From an uncultured Sphingomonadales bacterium (GTDB lineage Bacteria; Pseudomonadota; Alphaproteobacteria; Sphingomonadales; Rhodothalassiaceae), in the NCBI GenBank assembly GCA_964471405.1, contig CAYYGH010000002.1, positions 4,274-68,273 of the forward strand: a stretch of 64,000 nucleotides of DNA, read 5' to 3'. The notes under the pieces are model-generated. The model did no database searches, had not been told where the DNA came from, and saw only the letters and a program-made list of their open reading frames with translations. The position numbers and the translations under genes were made by a program. Below, piece by piece: positions 52,549 to 61,054 of the stretch. How positions within the stretch are numbered: the stretch's first letter is position 1; every line of letters begins with the position of its first letter.

Positions 52549-53658
52549 ATGACCGCCTTGTTCGCTTTGCCCGACCATGAGGTGATGCTCGGCCTTCTGC
52601 CGGACATCGCCGATCGGCGTGTGGACTTGTCCACGGCGCGCGCGCGGCTGCGGGCGGAGCCCGGACTTGTCCCGGCGGCCGTGGACCCGCGCGGGGAAGG
52701 CGCGGTCTACTGGGTGGACATCGGCGATCACCGCTTCCGCCACTGGCAGTATGTCTTCACCCTTGATCATCTGGCCCGCAGCGGCGGCATCCGGGCCTAT
52801 TTTTCCTCACCCGTGGACATCTTGGATGATGACGAGCTGTTCAGCGATTCCGTACCGGTTGCGGGGCTGATCTTCCATGTCTCGCGCTGCGGATCGACGC
52901 TGGTGACCAAGGCGCTCGGGCGGCTGGACAGCCATGTCATGATCTCCCAGGGAGCGCCTCTCCAGCGGGGTTTCTGGGCTGCGGCAACCGGGCAGTGGAC
53001 GCGCCCCCTGCCCCAGGATGCGGTGACAGGGCGCCGACTGCGCAACCTCGTGCGGGCGATGTGCCGGCGGCGGCATGAGGATGAACAGCGGGCGTTCGTG
53101 AAGTTCATCAGCTGGAACACGGTGTATGCCTCCTTCATCCGGGCGGCTCTGCCCGGCGTGCCCGCGCTGTTCCTCTATCGCGATCCGGTGGAGGTGATTG
53201 CCTCGGTACGTCGGAACACCACTGCCGTCCTGGAAGCGCGCGGCACGGGACTCGCCACGCTGTTGACGGGACGCCCGATCGACGAGATTGCGGCCATGGA
53301 TGACGTGACCTATCTTGCCCATTGCTACCGCCGCTATTTCGAGGTGGCGGCCGAAGAGGCAGGTGACGGCTTCGTCCTGCTGAACTACCGTGATCTCGGG
53401 GCCGATCGTTTTCCCGAGATCGTCAGACGGGCTTTCGGCCTGCGGTTTGCGCCGGACGAACTCGCCCAGATGCAGGCGCAGTTTTCGGTGCATGCGAAGG
53501 ATGACAGCGGCAAGCGCAGCTTCCGGGCGGACAGTGCGGCCAAGCAGGCAGCCTTGAATCCGGATGAAAAGGCCGTTATTCGCGAGGTTTGTGACTCCGC
53601 CATGAGGCGACTGGATGCCCATGCGGCCAATCTGTTCGCACCCAGGCAGGCGGCTTGA
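52549..53658 (+). CDS. sulfotransferase-like protein
   Basis: 5'-PSB-like loop FHVSRCGSTLVTKAL and 3'-PB-like FLYRDPVEVIASV. An N-terminal ~90 aa is unassigned. ATG 52549; the ORF is open from 52258. Confidence 0.6.
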   Translation: MTALFALPDHEVMLGLLPDIADRRVDLSTARARLRAEPGLVPAAVDPRGEGAVYWVDIGDHRFRHWQYVFTLDHLARSGGIRAYFSSPVDILDDDELFSDSVPVAGLIFHVSRCGSTLVTKALGRLDSHVMISQGAPLQRGFWAAATGQWTRPLPQDAVTGRRLRNLVRAMCRRRHEDEQRAFVKFISWNTVYASFIRAALPGVPALFLYRDPVEVIASVRRNTTAVLEARGTGLATLLTGRPIDEIAAMDDVTYLAHCYRRYFEVAAEEAGDGFVLLNYRDLGADRFPEIVRRAFGLRFAPDELAQMQAQFSVHAKDDSGKRSFRADSAAKQAALNPDEKAVIREVCDSAMRRLDAHAANLFAPRQAA

Positions 53659-53695
53659 GGGACACGCGCAGGCAATCGGGAAGGACCGGGAGACG

Positions 53696-54445
53696 ATGAC
53701 GGTGCTGGCATTTCCGCGGCTGGTCTCGGTGATCATGCCGAACTACAATTACGGGCGCTTCATCGCTCAGGCGATTGACAGCGTCATCCAGCAGGACTAC
53801 CGGCCGATCGAGCTGATCGTCGTTGATGACGGCAGCAGCGACGATTCCCTTGAACGCATCGCCGCCGCCCTTGAACGCCCGCATGAGCTTTCGCGCGCAG
53901 AGGTGATCTCGTTTCCGGAAAACCGCGGCAAGATCGCGGCGATGAACCGCGGGATCGAGCTGGCCTCCGGCGAATACAGCATCATTCTGGATGCGGACGA
54001 CTTTCTTTCAAAATCCTATGTGAGCCGCTGTGTGGCCGAGCTGGAGCAGGCGCGCGAAGAGGATGAGACGATCGGTTTCGTCTATACGGACTGCAATCTC
54101 ATCTCCGAACATGGGGACTATCTGGAACGGGGGCGGTCGACCGCCTTTGATCCCGCGCTGATCGAGCGGTTCAGCTTCATTCCCGAACCGGCGGTCGTGC
54201 TGACCGAGGCGCTCAAGTCCTGCTGGCCCTATGATGAATCGATCCGCCGCGGTACCAAGCATCACAAGTGGCGCCGGATCATCGAGGCCGGCTGGAACGG
54301 CCGGCATCTGCCCGAGCCTCTGTTCTACTACCGCATGCACGGGCAGAATCTTTCCGGTATCGGCACCCGCGTGCTGGGCGAGATCCGCGGCGGCCGACAG
54401 GGAGAACGCATCCTCTCCGGCTACTGGCCGACACAGGCGCGCTGA
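53696..54445 (+). CDS. glycosyltransferase family 2
   Basis: VSVIMPNYNYGRFIAQAIDSVIQQDYRPIELIVVDDGSSDDS and the DxD motif ILDADDF. Confidence 0.85.
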   Translation: MTVLAFPRLVSVIMPNYNYGRFIAQAIDSVIQQDYRPIELIVVDDGSSDDSLERIAAALERPHELSRAEVISFPENRGKIAAMNRGIELASGEYSIILDADDFLSKSYVSRCVAELEQAREEDETIGFVYTDCNLISEHGDYLERGRSTAFDPALIERFSFIPEPAVVLTEALKSCWPYDESIRRGTKHHKWRRIIEAGWNGRHLPEPLFYYRMHGQNLSGIGTRVLGEIRGGRQGERILSGYWPTQAR

Positions 54446-54684
54446 TCCGCCGCTCCTGCCGTCTTCCTTTCAGCCCGGCCGGTCGCGATGATATCGGCGC
54501 ACCGGAGAGCCGGCCTGCAGCTTCCCTCGCGTCATTCGCCGGTTCCTCCGGCGAGTGCATCCAATGGGCGAGGCAGGCCAAACGCCGCTTATTACCTCCT
54601 TGCCCACCGAACCCGCCGGATATGACATCCACAATGCCGGATGCTCTCTTCCCCTTCCGCTGGACCCGTCGGTCTTGGCCGGCG

Positions 54685-54768
54685 GATGACGTGGAGAGGG
54701 ACCGGCGGGTGATGAGAGGGGATATGAATCACGGAGGAAAAGTTCGGCAGATGACGAGAGGGGAGAGG
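54685..54768 (+). repeat. three purine-rich GATGA(C)..GAGAGGGGA motifs in a 380-bp non-coding convergent gap
   Basis: GATGACGTGGAGAGGGA (54685-54701), GATGAGAGGGGA (54711-54722), GATGACGAGAGGGGAGAGG (54750-54768). Confidence 0.5.
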
Positions 54769-54825
54769 TCGGTGAGTGACGCCCCACCCGTGCTCCGACT
54801 ACCATCGCCGCTCACTGGCTCATGA

Positions 54826-55350
54826 TCACCGATCACCGGCCTCCCGTTCTCCCAGACGGGCGCACAGCATGCTGTAGGCGGCCTGGATCCGGACGAAGCG
54901 TTCGCGAACCTCGGGATCGTCGCTGCCCGCCACATCCGGATGATGCTGCTTGGCGAGCGCCCGGTAGCGCTGCTTGACTTCTTCGAGATCGGCCCCGGGC
55001 TCCAGTCCCAGTGTCCGGTACGCCGCCTTTTCGGCCGGCGTCCAGGAATCGGCGGCATAGGCATAGGTCGCGGACTGGCGGTATCCCCGGCGGGCCGCCT
55101 GCTCATCAGCCATGAAGGCCCGGATCGCCTCTTCGCTCATCCCGGCAAAGAAGTTCCAGCCGCGATTGTATTCCTCCACATGCCGCCGGCAGAAATACCA
55201 GCGCTCGCGGGAGAAGGGGGAACGGGGCGCCGGATACTCCCCCCGCTCGGTGCAGCCTTCCCGGTCACACAGGCGCACGCGCACCGGATCCCGCTCCTTG
55301 AGATAGCCGCCCCAGCGCGGAAAGCCGAAATCGCGTGGTCGCCTCGTCAT
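54826..55350 (-). CDS. J-domain protein with N-terminal zinc-ribbon-like module
   Basis: C-terminal J domain AYRTLGLEPGADLEEVKQRYRALAKQHHPDV (HPD present). N-terminal LCDREGCTERGEY...WYFCRRHVEEYN has C-x5-C...C-x2-H spacing. Start at MTRRPRDF. Confidence 0.8.
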   Translation of the reverse strand: MTRRPRDFGFPRWGGYLKERDPVRVRLCDREGCTERGEYPAPRSPFSRERWYFCRRHVEEYNRGWNFFAGMSEEAIRAFMADEQAARRGYRQSATYAYAADSWTPAEKAAYRTLGLEPGADLEEVKQRYRALAKQHHPDVAGSDDPEVRERFVRIQAAYSMLCARLGEREAGDR

Positions 55351-55428
55351 CGCTGTCGATCGATCATTCAGCCCTCCGGACCGCCTCCTGCGGTCCGGAA
55401 CATCACCGCGGTCCACGAGTCGGACCGG

Positions 55429-57132
55429 TCAGCCTCGGCCGGCCTCGTCATTCGTGGCTTCGGCTGCGGACGTTTCCGCCGCGGGAACAAACCGGGCAAG
55501 CTTGCGCTGGAGAGCATCAAGCCGGCGTTTGCGCTCCTGCTCATCCGGCAGGGCGGCGAGCTGCTGCACGAAGCCCTTGGAGCGCATGTAGCGTCTGGCC
55601 TCCTCGACGGCAAGCTGCTGCGCACGCCCTTCCGTCAACAGCCCCTGCTCGATAAGGGCGAAGATCCGCATCACCGCATCATAGGGCGGCATCCGGCTGG
55701 CGCGGAGCTTGTCGAAGATCTTCGCCTTCTCAAGCAGGATCACGCACAGAGCATCCAGCCGATCGGCCAGCTGATCGCGGGTGAACCGCGTCAGCGTGGA
55801 GGAGAGAACCCGCTGCTGAAAATCGGCGAGCCGCTTCATCGCCCGGGCCGGCGAGTCCTCATCCTTCAGCCAGAAGGCTTCGTCCGGCCCGGTGAGCTGA
55901 GGCAGCATGTAGTTGGCGAGCATGCGCTTGTTGTCGGCTCCCAGCACGAAGGGTTCGAGATCAAGCAGCGCCGCCAGCCGCTCGGCCGGTGTCTTGCAAG
56001 TCTCAAGATAGCGGGCAATCGTCTGGGAATTGAGGAAGCGGGCTGCGCGTTCCTCCAGCTGCTGAACCAGCCCGGCGCCCGCCCCTTCCATCTGAAGATT
56101 GCCCCCCAGCTCCTGCGCCACGCGGGCGATGGCTCGGAATTCCTCGATCAGCGAGCCCTGAGTCCAGCGCCGCTGCTGGCCGATGGCCTCCACCAGCTGG
56201 CGCTCAAGAACGCGACGGCTCTGCCGCAGCAGCCGCGCCTCCATGAAGCGGGCCAGACGGGCGGCCAGTCCGGTAGGGGCGCGCCCATGCCCCGGCCCCG
56301 ATCCCAGCAGCGTCGCGATCGCAAATATGCGCTCGACAGCGGCACGCGTGCCGAGCACCTCGTCAAGCACGCCCCGCAAGGCCAGAATCTCGGCAATGTA
56401 GTGATCGATGATGCGGCTGGCCCAGGCAGGGTGGTTCTCACGCATGAGCCCCAGCAGCCGCCGCAGCTTCTCCACGCCGGTGCGGCAACGCGCCAGATCC
56501 TGTGCGATCGCCCCACAGAGCAGGAAGCCGCGCTCCTTCTCCCCCTCAAGGCCGGCAAGCAGAGAAGCGAACCGCTCTTCGTCGATCACCGGGAAGCCGG
56601 CTTCACTGAGTGCCTTGAGCGCGGCGGCGGCCTCATCAATCAGGCTGTAGAGCTTCTTTACCCGCTCGCCGACAGCCTCTCCCGTCATCTTCACCTGGGC
56701 CACGGCCGCGCGCTGGACCGCGCCCTGCAAGGTGGTCCCGGCCTGTGAAAGACGCAGATAGTTGTCATAGCCGTAAAGGATCTCAAGCGGGGTCAGCTGC
56801 CAGTCATCAAGACTGTCGCGCAACAGTTCGCCGATCTGCTGGCGCCCGTCGGTGCTGTAGAGGTCCGATACCTTTTCGCAGCCGGCCGTCGGCTTGATGA
56901 CATCGAATTTGGATGTGCGGATCTTGCGGCCCTTGTAGAGCACCTCGAAGGAGTGAAACTGACCGTCCTTCGGGTTGAAACGTTCCCGCAGCACCCGCAC
57001 GGCCGTAAAGGTGGTCGTGCGGAATGCCTTTTCGGCCGCGCGCACGGCCGCATTCTGGTCATCGAAGATCTCGATGACCGTCCAGCTATTGCCGCGAAGT
57101 CCCTGCAGCTCGAAATGGACGTTGCGGCCCAT
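55429..57132 (-). CDS. hypothetical protein, 567 aa, no recognised domain
   Basis: Uninterrupted ORF with strong GC3-rich native codon usage. It has an N-terminal ~75-aa compact region (VHFELQGLRGNSWTVIEIFDD...FHSFEVLYKG), then a long Leu/Ala/Arg-rich helical body. It lies 78 nt upstream of, and co-oriented with, the J-domain gene. Confidence 0.7.
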   Translation of the reverse strand: MGRNVHFELQGLRGNSWTVIEIFDDQNAAVRAAEKAFRTTTFTAVRVLRERFNPKDGQFHSFEVLYKGRKIRTSKFDVIKPTAGCEKVSDLYSTDGRQQIGELLRDSLDDWQLTPLEILYGYDNYLRLSQAGTTLQGAVQRAAVAQVKMTGEAVGERVKKLYSLIDEAAAALKALSEAGFPVIDEERFASLLAGLEGEKERGFLLCGAIAQDLARCRTGVEKLRRLLGLMRENHPAWASRIIDHYIAEILALRGVLDEVLGTRAAVERIFAIATLLGSGPGHGRAPTGLAARLARFMEARLLRQSRRVLERQLVEAIGQQRRWTQGSLIEEFRAIARVAQELGGNLQMEGAGAGLVQQLEERAARFLNSQTIARYLETCKTPAERLAALLDLEPFVLGADNKRMLANYMLPQLTGPDEAFWLKDEDSPARAMKRLADFQQRVLSSTLTRFTRDQLADRLDALCVILLEKAKIFDKLRASRMPPYDAVMRIFALIEQGLLTEGRAQQLAVEEARRYMRSKGFVQQLAALPDEQERKRRLDALQRKLARFVPAAETSAAEATNDEAGRG

Positions 57133-57222
57133 GCCGATAGACCCACATGATGTCCGCCCTCAAGAAGGCGGATGATCTGCACAATTCACCTAAAATCCCA
57201 CGTAATCCGGGCCACGGTAGCG

Positions 57223-57275
57223 ATGCAAGGTTTAACATTGTCTTGCATGGAAACCATGTCCCCCCAATACATTGG
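57223..57275. promoter_or_regulatory. cluster of three short palindromes in an AT-rich divergent promoter region
   Basis: ATGCAAG-N12-CTTGCAT (57223-57248), CATGG-aaa-CCATG (57246-57258), CCAAT-ac-ATTGG (57264-57275). Confidence 0.3.
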
Positions 57276-57422
57276 CAAATAATGCCTTTCAGGACTCCCT
57301 CGGGTATGGATTGCGGCCCGGCATCCGGCATTGCTAGAGCAGCGCGCAATCGGCCGATCCGCCGAAGCCGCGAACGGCATGCGACAAGACCTGAGGAACG
57401 GAAACGGGATACGGGGGAATAT

Positions 57423-58520
57423 ATGGCCATGCCCGCAAGAAGGAAGACGCCCTTCCAGACACGCCACAGCACGGGACGCCACCATGCTTCCATGCCGGGG
57501 GGATGGCGAAAGGGTGTCTTCCTTTTCTTCGGCGTGACGATCGCACTCGCCACCCCGACAGGAGAACCGCAGGCGGCGGCTCGAGCTGGGGATGGAAACA
57601 CGCGCGGCACCACCGGGATCACACCGCTTGTCACCCTGCTTGCCCGGGCTCAGGATCCCGCCGCCTGGCAGGCCTTCACGCGCCTCCTCCAGATGCTGCC
57701 GGCAGCGCAGAGAGCCTCTGTCCTGCAGCAGCTCTGCCAGCAGGCGGAAAAGGCCGCAACCCTCCCCCTGCGCGCGTCGGGGCTGTGCCCGGATCCCGCA
57801 TCGGGAGCGGATGTGCTGGCAGCCGATGGTGCCTCCTCTGCCGCCGCGGCCCAGGAGGAAGGGAAGGCCGCAGCCAGGGCGATTACCGGTGCACTCGATC
57901 TGGGGGCCTCTCTGTCCTCCGGTGATACCCGGGAACGGGCCCTGTCCGCCCGCATCGAGGCCCGGCAGGGTCTGGGCGAACACTGGCGCCATGAACTGGC
58001 GGTGGATGGGGACTGGGCCCGCCGCAGCGGTGCGACCAGCCAGCAGCGGCTCACGGGAGAACACCGGCTGTTCTATGCCTTCAGCAAACGCGCCACGGTC
58101 TTCCAGTTCCTGCGCGGAGAATATGATCGCTTTGCCGGCTTCGACTACCGGATCACGGAGAGTATCGGCGTGGGCTATGATGTCGTAAGCACCCCCCGTC
58201 TTACCTGGCATCTGGAAGGCGGTCCCGGCGTGCGCTTCATTGCGCTTGCCGACAGTCCGGCCATGGAACAGGAGCCGATCGCGCGGCTGTCAAGTGAACT
58301 CACATGGCGCCTGCAACCGGACTGGACGCTCGAAAATCGATCCAGCGCCTTTCTTGGTGGCGAGGGCAATACGCTTGAGAACAGAATTTCGCTGGAGGCG
58401 CGGATCAACAGCGCCCTGTTCGGTCGCGTGTCCCTTCATCTGCGCTACGACACGAAGGACCTCGCAGGCATCAGCAAGCTGGACACCCTGACCAGGTTTT
58501 CCATCGGCTACCGGTTCTAG
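57423..58520 (+). CDS. DUF481 (YdiY-like) outer-membrane beta-barrel protein with Ala-rich N-terminal extension
   Basis: The C-terminal ~230 aa (..YDRFAGFDYRITESIGVGYDV...LENRISLEARINSALFGRVSLHLRYDT...TRFSIGYRF) match the DUF481 pattern and end in a terminal Phe. Start is 57423 or 57492 (MPGGWRKGVFLFFGVTIALA). Confidence 0.7.
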   Translation: MAMPARRKTPFQTRHSTGRHHASMPGGWRKGVFLFFGVTIALATPTGEPQAAARAGDGNTRGTTGITPLVTLLARAQDPAAWQAFTRLLQMLPAAQRASVLQQLCQQAEKAATLPLRASGLCPDPASGADVLAADGASSAAAAQEEGKAAARAITGALDLGASLSSGDTRERALSARIEARQGLGEHWRHELAVDGDWARRSGATSQQRLTGEHRLFYAFSKRATVFQFLRGEYDRFAGFDYRITESIGVGYDVVSTPRLTWHLEGGPGVRFIALADSPAMEQEPIARLSSELTWRLQPDWTLENRSSAFLGGEGNTLENRISLEARINSALFGRVSLHLRYDTKDLAGISKLDTLTRFSIGYRF

Positions 58521-58569
58521 AGCCCTGCCTGCGGGCTCGGACCGCCACCGGCCCGATTACGCTCGTCCC

Positions 58570-58908
58570 TTACCATTCGTCTTGAAGCCGGGCGGCAAGG
58601 CGCTCTCGTGTCGGCGCATCCAGATCTGCAAGAGCGGCCGCCAGCTGGCGCGTATTCCGGCGCAGAGCGTGCAGCTGGTCGAGGAGATCGAGAATGATCT
58701 CCACCCCCGCCTCGTTGACTCCCATATCCTCGATCAGCTCGCGGATGAGAGAGATGCGGGCGACGTCGATATCCGCAAACAGCGGTGCCCCGCCCGGCTC
58801 GCGCATGGCGGGCACGACAAGTCCCATGCGGCACCACCGCCGCAATCTGCGGCGCGTGAGGCCGGAAACCAGGCCCAGAACCTCCATTTCCGAATAGACC
58901 CGCATCAT
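58570..58908 (-). CDS. cbpM: chaperone modulator CbpM (MerR-like HTH)
   Basis: 112 aa immediately after cbpA, overlapping it (stop and start within ATGATGA). LTRRRLRRWCRMGLV... resembles CbpM. Confidence 0.75.
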   Translation of the reverse strand: MMRVYSEMEVLGLVSGLTRRRLRRWCRMGLVVPAMREPGGAPLFADIDVARISLIRELIEDMGVNEAGVEIILDLLDQLHALRRNTRQLAAALADLDAPTRERLAARLQDEW

Positions 58909-59828
58909 GCCACCTCCCTCATCTTCGCGCGCGGATCATAAGCATGCTTGCTGCGCCATTCCTTCATGAAGGACTTCAGCTCCGGATCGATATGCTCGGG
59001 CAGCACGATCTTGAGCCGCACCAGCTGATCGCCGGTCCCGGCCCGCGTGCGAATCCCCTTGCCCTTCAGCCGCAGCGTCTTGCCCGAGGAACTGCCGGGC
59101 GGCACCGTCACCTTCACCCGGCCGTCCAATGTCGGCACCTCGACCTTGCCTCCAAGCACCGCCTCATCGATGGTAATCGGCAGATCCAGCAGAATGTCGC
59201 GCCCTTCCCGCCGGAAGAAGGGGTGTGGGGTTACCGTGATTTCAATCAACGCATCCCCGGGCGGACCACCTTCGATGCCCGGCTCTCCCTTGCCTTTCAG
59301 ACGCAGCACTTGGCCGGTCTCCACGCCGGCGGGGATGGTAAGATCGATGCTCGATCCATCTGCCAGCGTCAGACGCCGGCTACCGCCGCGGGCGGCCGTC
59401 ACGAAGTCCACCGGCATGCGGTAGCGCACATCGGCTCCGCGGCGGGCCATGCGCATGCGGGCACCACCCCCTCGCCTCCTGGCCGAGAAGAAATCGCCGA
59501 AGAGATCCTCGATGTCGAAGATGTCTTCAAATCCCGCCTGACCGGCATAGCGGTCACCGCCGGGACCGCTGGCGAAATCCCGATAGCGGAAGGTCGGGCG
59601 TTCCTGCCCCTGTTCATCGATCTCGCCACGATCGTATTTGGCCCGCTTTTCCGGATCCTTGAGAATTTCGTAGGCGCGCGAGACGTCCTTGAACGCCTCC
59701 TCGGCCGCCTTGTCGCCAGGGCGCAGATCGGGATGCAGCTTCTTGGCTTTCTCGCGATAGGCCTTTGCGATCTCCTCCTGGCTTGCCGTCTTCGGAACAC
59801 CCAGGATCTCGTACAGGGATTTTGCCAT
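58905..59828 (-). CDS. cbpA: curved-DNA-binding protein CbpA (DnaJ-like, lacks zinc-finger domain)
   Basis: MAKSLYEILGVPKTASQEEIAKAYREKAKKLHPDLRPGDK (J domain, HPD), followed by DnaJ C-terminal domains without the CxxCxGxG repeats. ATG 59826-59828. Confidence 0.88.
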   Translation of the reverse strand: MAKSLYEILGVPKTASQEEIAKAYREKAKKLHPDLRPGDKAAEEAFKDVSRAYEILKDPEKRAKYDRGEIDEQGQERPTFRYRDFASGPGGDRYAGQAGFEDIFDIEDLFGDFFSARRRGGGARMRMARRGADVRYRMPVDFVTAARGGSRRLTLADGSSIDLTIPAGVETGQVLRLKGKGEPGIEGGPPGDALIEITVTPHPFFRREGRDILLDLPITIDEAVLGGKVEVPTLDGRVKVTVPPGSSSGKTLRLKGKGIRTRAGTGDQLVRLKIVLPEHIDPELKSFMKEWRSKHAYDPRAKMREVA

Positions 59829-60151
59829 TGTTTCCTCAGACCCTTCCGTTCCTGCCACAACCGGCTCTTGGACCGTCCGTTCCCTTCTGCCGCCTGCGGC
59901 TTTTCGCAGCTGTCCTCCTACCCTCCTGCCCAGGCGGCATGACACCTGCGTGCCCCGTGCCCTCCCTGCTAATAACGCCGAGAACACAAAATGTTTCCGC
60001 ATCCTCGCAGCCAGCGAAGCGAGCGGGCAAGGCGGTCCGGGAACAATTCCTCTGCCCATGCATTTATCTGACGACAAGGCGGATGGGCATGCCGGCCACA
60101 CGGCGCCGCGCCCAGCCGTAGCAGCAGCAAACAGCACAGGAGACAGGAATC

Positions 60152-60586
60152 ATGTGGGAGCAGTGGTTGCTGCGGGATTCTCCTCTCCAGGAGGTTGAAC
60201 GCCTGCGGCATCTCTTCGAAAACTGGCTGAGCGGCCTTGAGCAGGTCACCGGTGTGGGAGCGGCCGAGTTTCCGCCGGTTCAGATCTGGGGTGATGAACA
60301 TGGGCTCATCCTGATCGCCGAGCTGCCGGGCGTGCTGCCGGCCGATCTCGACGTGACGGTGCATCAGAACACCCTCACCATCCGGGGCACCCGGAAGGCT
60401 CCTGAAGAGGAAGTCACACGCTGGTTGAGACGCGAACGGGCTTATGGCGATTTCCAGCGCACGATCGCACTGCCATTCCCCGTAGACGGCAGCAAGGTCA
60501 AGGCAAGCTTCGAGAATGGCGTGCTGACACTGGAAATGCCGCGCCCTGAATCCGATCGTCCGCGGCGGATTGCCATCGCGAGCTGA
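60152..60586 (+). CDS. Hsp20/alpha-crystallin family small heat-shock protein
   Basis: Alpha-crystallin domain ILIAELPGVLPADLDVTVHQNTLTIRG...RERAYGDFQRTIALPFPVDGSKVKASFENGVLTLEMP. SD AGGAGACAGG. Confidence 0.9.
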   Translation: MWEQWLLRDSPLQEVERLRHLFENWLSGLEQVTGVGAAEFPPVQIWGDEHGLILIAELPGVLPADLDVTVHQNTLTIRGTRKAPEEEVTRWLRRERAYGDFQRTIALPFPVDGSKVKASFENGVLTLEMPRPESDRPRRIAIAS

Positions 60587-60620
60587 TCGGCTCCGTGGCA
60601 GGAAAGGGAGTACAAGGACA

Positions 60621-61028
60621 ATGACCGAGAAGAAGGAAATCAAGGTCCGGGTCGCGGATCAGGAGCAGCCTCCCGCCGGTGAGCGGATGGAAAGCCGGCC
60701 CGTCGTGGCCCCGCGCACGGACATCTATGAGACGGCCGACGGCATCGTCTTCCTGATCGAGCTGCCCGGCGTGCGGCCGGAAGATGCGGATGTCACGGTG
60801 GAAAAGAACGTGCTGAGCGTGCGGGCCCGGCGTCCCTTTGCCGCGCCTAAGGGCCTCAACCGGCTCTATGCGGAATGGCGGCCGCGGGACTTTGAACGCC
60901 GTTTCACGCTTGGCCCCGATCTTGATACCGAGAATGTGGAGGCGAAGCTGCAGCACGGCGTTCTGCGACTCGCCCTGAAAAGGCGCGGTCCCGAACCGGA
61001 GCGCAAGATCAAGATCGAGGCGGCCTGA
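60621..61028 (+). CDS. Hsp20/alpha-crystallin family small heat-shock protein (second paralogue)
   Basis: DIYETADGIVFLIELPGVRPEDADVTVEKNVLSVRA...FERRFTLGPDLDTENVEAKLQHGVLRLAL. ATG 60621 after GGAAAGGGAG. Confidence 0.9.
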   Translation: MTEKKEIKVRVADQEQPPAGERMESRPVVAPRTDIYETADGIVFLIELPGVRPEDADVTVEKNVLSVRARRPFAAPKGLNRLYAEWRPRDFERRFTLGPDLDTENVEAKLQHGVLRLALKRRGPEPERKIKIEAA

Positions 61029-61054
61029 GACCGGCCCGATCGCCGAAGATTGAT

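Noticed and set aside
54733-54747. RNase P RNA P4-like string GGAGGAAAAGTTCGG in a ~380-nt gap
   Set aside because: It differs from the invariant GAGGAAAGUCCGGGCU. None of the other universally conserved RNase P blocks (GGUAAGGGUGAAA..., ACAGAACCCGGCUUA) occur in the gap.
54446-54825. bolA-like gene downstream of the J-domain gene
   Set aside because: I translated all three minus-strand frames by eye and found no BolA-like sequence and no ORF with protein-like composition.
54940-56748. 602-aa plus-strand ORF
   Set aside because: Antisense to the J-domain and 567-aa genes. The minus-strand frames have the GC3-rich native codon pattern and recognisable J-domain motifs; this frame does not.
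59829-60151. RpoH (sigma-32) promoters and a ROSE thermometer for hsp20/cbpA
   Set aside because: Only weak partial matches (CCCATGCAT without a properly spaced CTTG -35), and no anti-SD hairpin. Not enough to annotate, so kept only as an open question in the findings.
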